Below, in pieces: positions 62,193 through 64,000 of a DNA stretch of 64,000 bases (the stretch's first letter is position 1; each line of letters begins with the position of its first letter). Both the position numbers and the translations under genes were made by a program. The notes under the pieces are model-generated. The model was not told where the DNA came from and made no database searches. It saw nothing but the letters and a program-made list of their open reading frames with translations. The stretch is from positions 53,816,001-53,880,000 of the forward strand of contig CM060732.1 in assembly GCA_030704615.1 (NCBI GenBank), given 5' to 3'. Source of the stretch: Takakia lepidozioides. Lineage: Eukaryota > Plantae > Bryophyta.

Positions 62193-63244
62193 CTCAAGGG
62201 GTCCAACAAGCACAACTGGCTTGAGGGAGTCATACAATCCAAAGTAGAGACCACGGTATACAATGATACCAACACAGGCGATGGTAAAACCGCGATAGAG
62301 TCCAGCAATACCATCAGTTGCAAGAGTCTTCCTATAGACATCAAGCAGGCCATTGAATTGGCGAGCACCACCACTTGACGTTTTTGCGTCATTTGTCAGG
62401 CGAGTTCGGGCATAATCTAGAGAGTACACAAAGAGAGAGGACAAAGCCCCAGCAGCACCACCAGAAGCAACGTTTCCAGAAAACCACAACCAATAGCCAT
62501 CCCTATCCTTCTTGTAGCCGAAAAGCTTCTTGAAGTAGTCCTTGAATGCAAAGTTCAAAGCCTGCAAACGACACATTCTACAAATATAGCATCAGATGGT
62601 TCGAAGAGACAAAACACTTAGATTCGCACTGGATGCAGCGAGGACATGCTCAATCTGAAAGATGTGGGCCTCAAAACACAGGTGGACACATCAACTGCAG
62701 AAAGCAGGAATTTAGATGAAATGTTTACAACCTGAGTGGGAAAGTAACGAATAACATTTGTCAGATTTCCACGCCATAATGCCACGACACCCTCATCCCG
62801 TGTGGTGCGGGCAAAGCATTCGCCAATGCCCTTGTAAGGCTCTGCAAGGCGACCTGATTTCAGCATCTCATCTTGGTTCTGGATGAGAAGCTTTACTCGC
62901 TCGATGGGAGCTGCAACAGTCTTAGACACAGCTGCAGAGACTCCACCCATAAGAAAGTCGATCATAAACCCTGAGACACCGTTTTCCGCAGGTGCAGGAA
63001 CGAAGTTCATAGGAGCGAGATTAGAAGGTACGAGGCTCTGGCCTCCTGCCAGGTCTATAGGGCAGAGAGCATTGAAACCAGTGGCCTTCGGCATATGCCC
63101 CATCCTAGATGGAGCGAAAGAGGAGCCATACACAACCTGCTCCTGGGTGCGATAAATCGCTCGGTGAGGTGCTAACTTCGACCCCAAATAGGAGTGTCCC
63201 GAGAGTTTATGCACCACACTGGGAAACCGTGGTCTCTCCGCCAT
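62193..63244 (-). CDS. AAC: Mitochondrial ADP/ATP carrier, exons 63244-62732 and 62561-62193; 3' exon(s) not visible
   Basis: Plant-type N-extension, then [46 protein letters not shown]|[33 protein letters not shown]. Phase-0 GT-AG intron. The RRRMMM exon is missing before the gap. Confidence 0.95.
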
Positions 63245-63866
63245 TGTGACACAGTTATCGGAACCTGTTGCAAGAGAACATAGATCCAGAATCACAACCT
63301 TGCAAGCATCGATTGACTCTGCTCACACAGTAGACAGCAAAACAAAAGCATCCAAAACACGCGTTGCAAGAGATTAAACTCAGTCCAAACAGCCGGAAAT
63401 GAGCTATGACACTAGAAATTGCACGAGACAATTGCAGGAACTCGTAAATTGAATCCCTCAGATCCAGTTGCAATTCCGTCAATCCATGCCCTTGAGTTTA
63501 TAGGTGGGTAACAACATGTGAAATAGAGTCGAAGGTGGCAAGCTGCAGTCGTTCAACGAAGGAACGTGATAGAAAAATCTCAGAACTTGCAACCAATTAG
63601 CCAGCTGGAAGCCCGGGTAGACCAGGGCAGTAGCTCCCACAAGCCCTCCGTTGTTGCAGCACTGATGCATGCGCCATAACAGCCGGCTCGGTTTGATCTC
63701 TGCCCTTTCTTCTAGTGTACAAAGTCTTACGACTGGTAGATCGTCTCACAAATCAGTCTTGGCAGCACGTGGGAAAGTTTGACCAAGAGATGGTATCAGA
63801 GAGTCAAATGCAAGGGACTAGCCGGCTAAACACTTCGCTCTGCGCGAAGATGTGTGGCTGCGCATG

Positions 63867-64000
63867 TCCGCAGGCAGCACTCTCTCTTCCTTCCTAGTAA
63901 CTTAACTTAACTGACTTCCCATTGCCTACTTCCGCAGGCAGCACTCTCTCTTCCTTCCTAGTAACTTAACTTAACTGACTTCCCATTGCCTACTTCCGCA
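63867..64000. repeat. Perfect 64-bp tandem repeat upstream of AAC, runs off the window
   Basis: TCCGCAGGCAGCACTC..GCCTACT starts at 63867, 63931 and 63995. Confidence 0.9.

Overview
Eukaryotic nuclear DNA from a land plant. Spliceosomal introns, PLS-class PPR repeats, a PP2-domain gene and a plant-type ADP/ATP carrier are present. The TE families look bryophyte-like, but the taxon is inferred only. Almost the whole window is nested, decayed transposons. (1) A minus-strand Ty3/Gypsy element (gag, protease, C5 DNA methyltransferase, RT remnant ... integrase C-terminus with PHD finger) is split by (2) a ~12.2 kb CACTA element. The CACTA element carries divergent TnpD (+) and TnpA-like (-) genes, with an FCP1/NIF-type HAD domain inside the TnpA-like gene, plus captured RPS3a and PDF-motif gene fragments. 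(3) A LINE 3' end, two copies of one SINE and a PP2 pseudogene follow. (4) A patchwork of fragments (23.8-34.3 kb and 55.5-56.4 kb) sits behind CACTA termini and derives from a gene in which OSB-type PDF motifs are joined to PLS-PPR repeats. (5) A ~21 kb gene-rich insert (34.3-55.5 kb) has no recognisable transposase. It holds two DUF8039/TNP1-like ORFs, an array of nine 28-bp palindromes, a ParB-like plus methylase-like gene and four more NIF-like domains arranged as an old tandem duplication. (6) The window ends with Helitron-like telomere-type repeats, an L1 RT, a hAT-like end, a 500-N gap and two exons of an ADP/ATP carrier gene. The main candidates for new biology are TE-encoded chromatin or transcription modifiers (a retrotransposon DNMT and recurrent NIF pseudophosphatases) and the PDF-PPR fusion. 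All domain calls come from motif recognition by eye, not from database searches.
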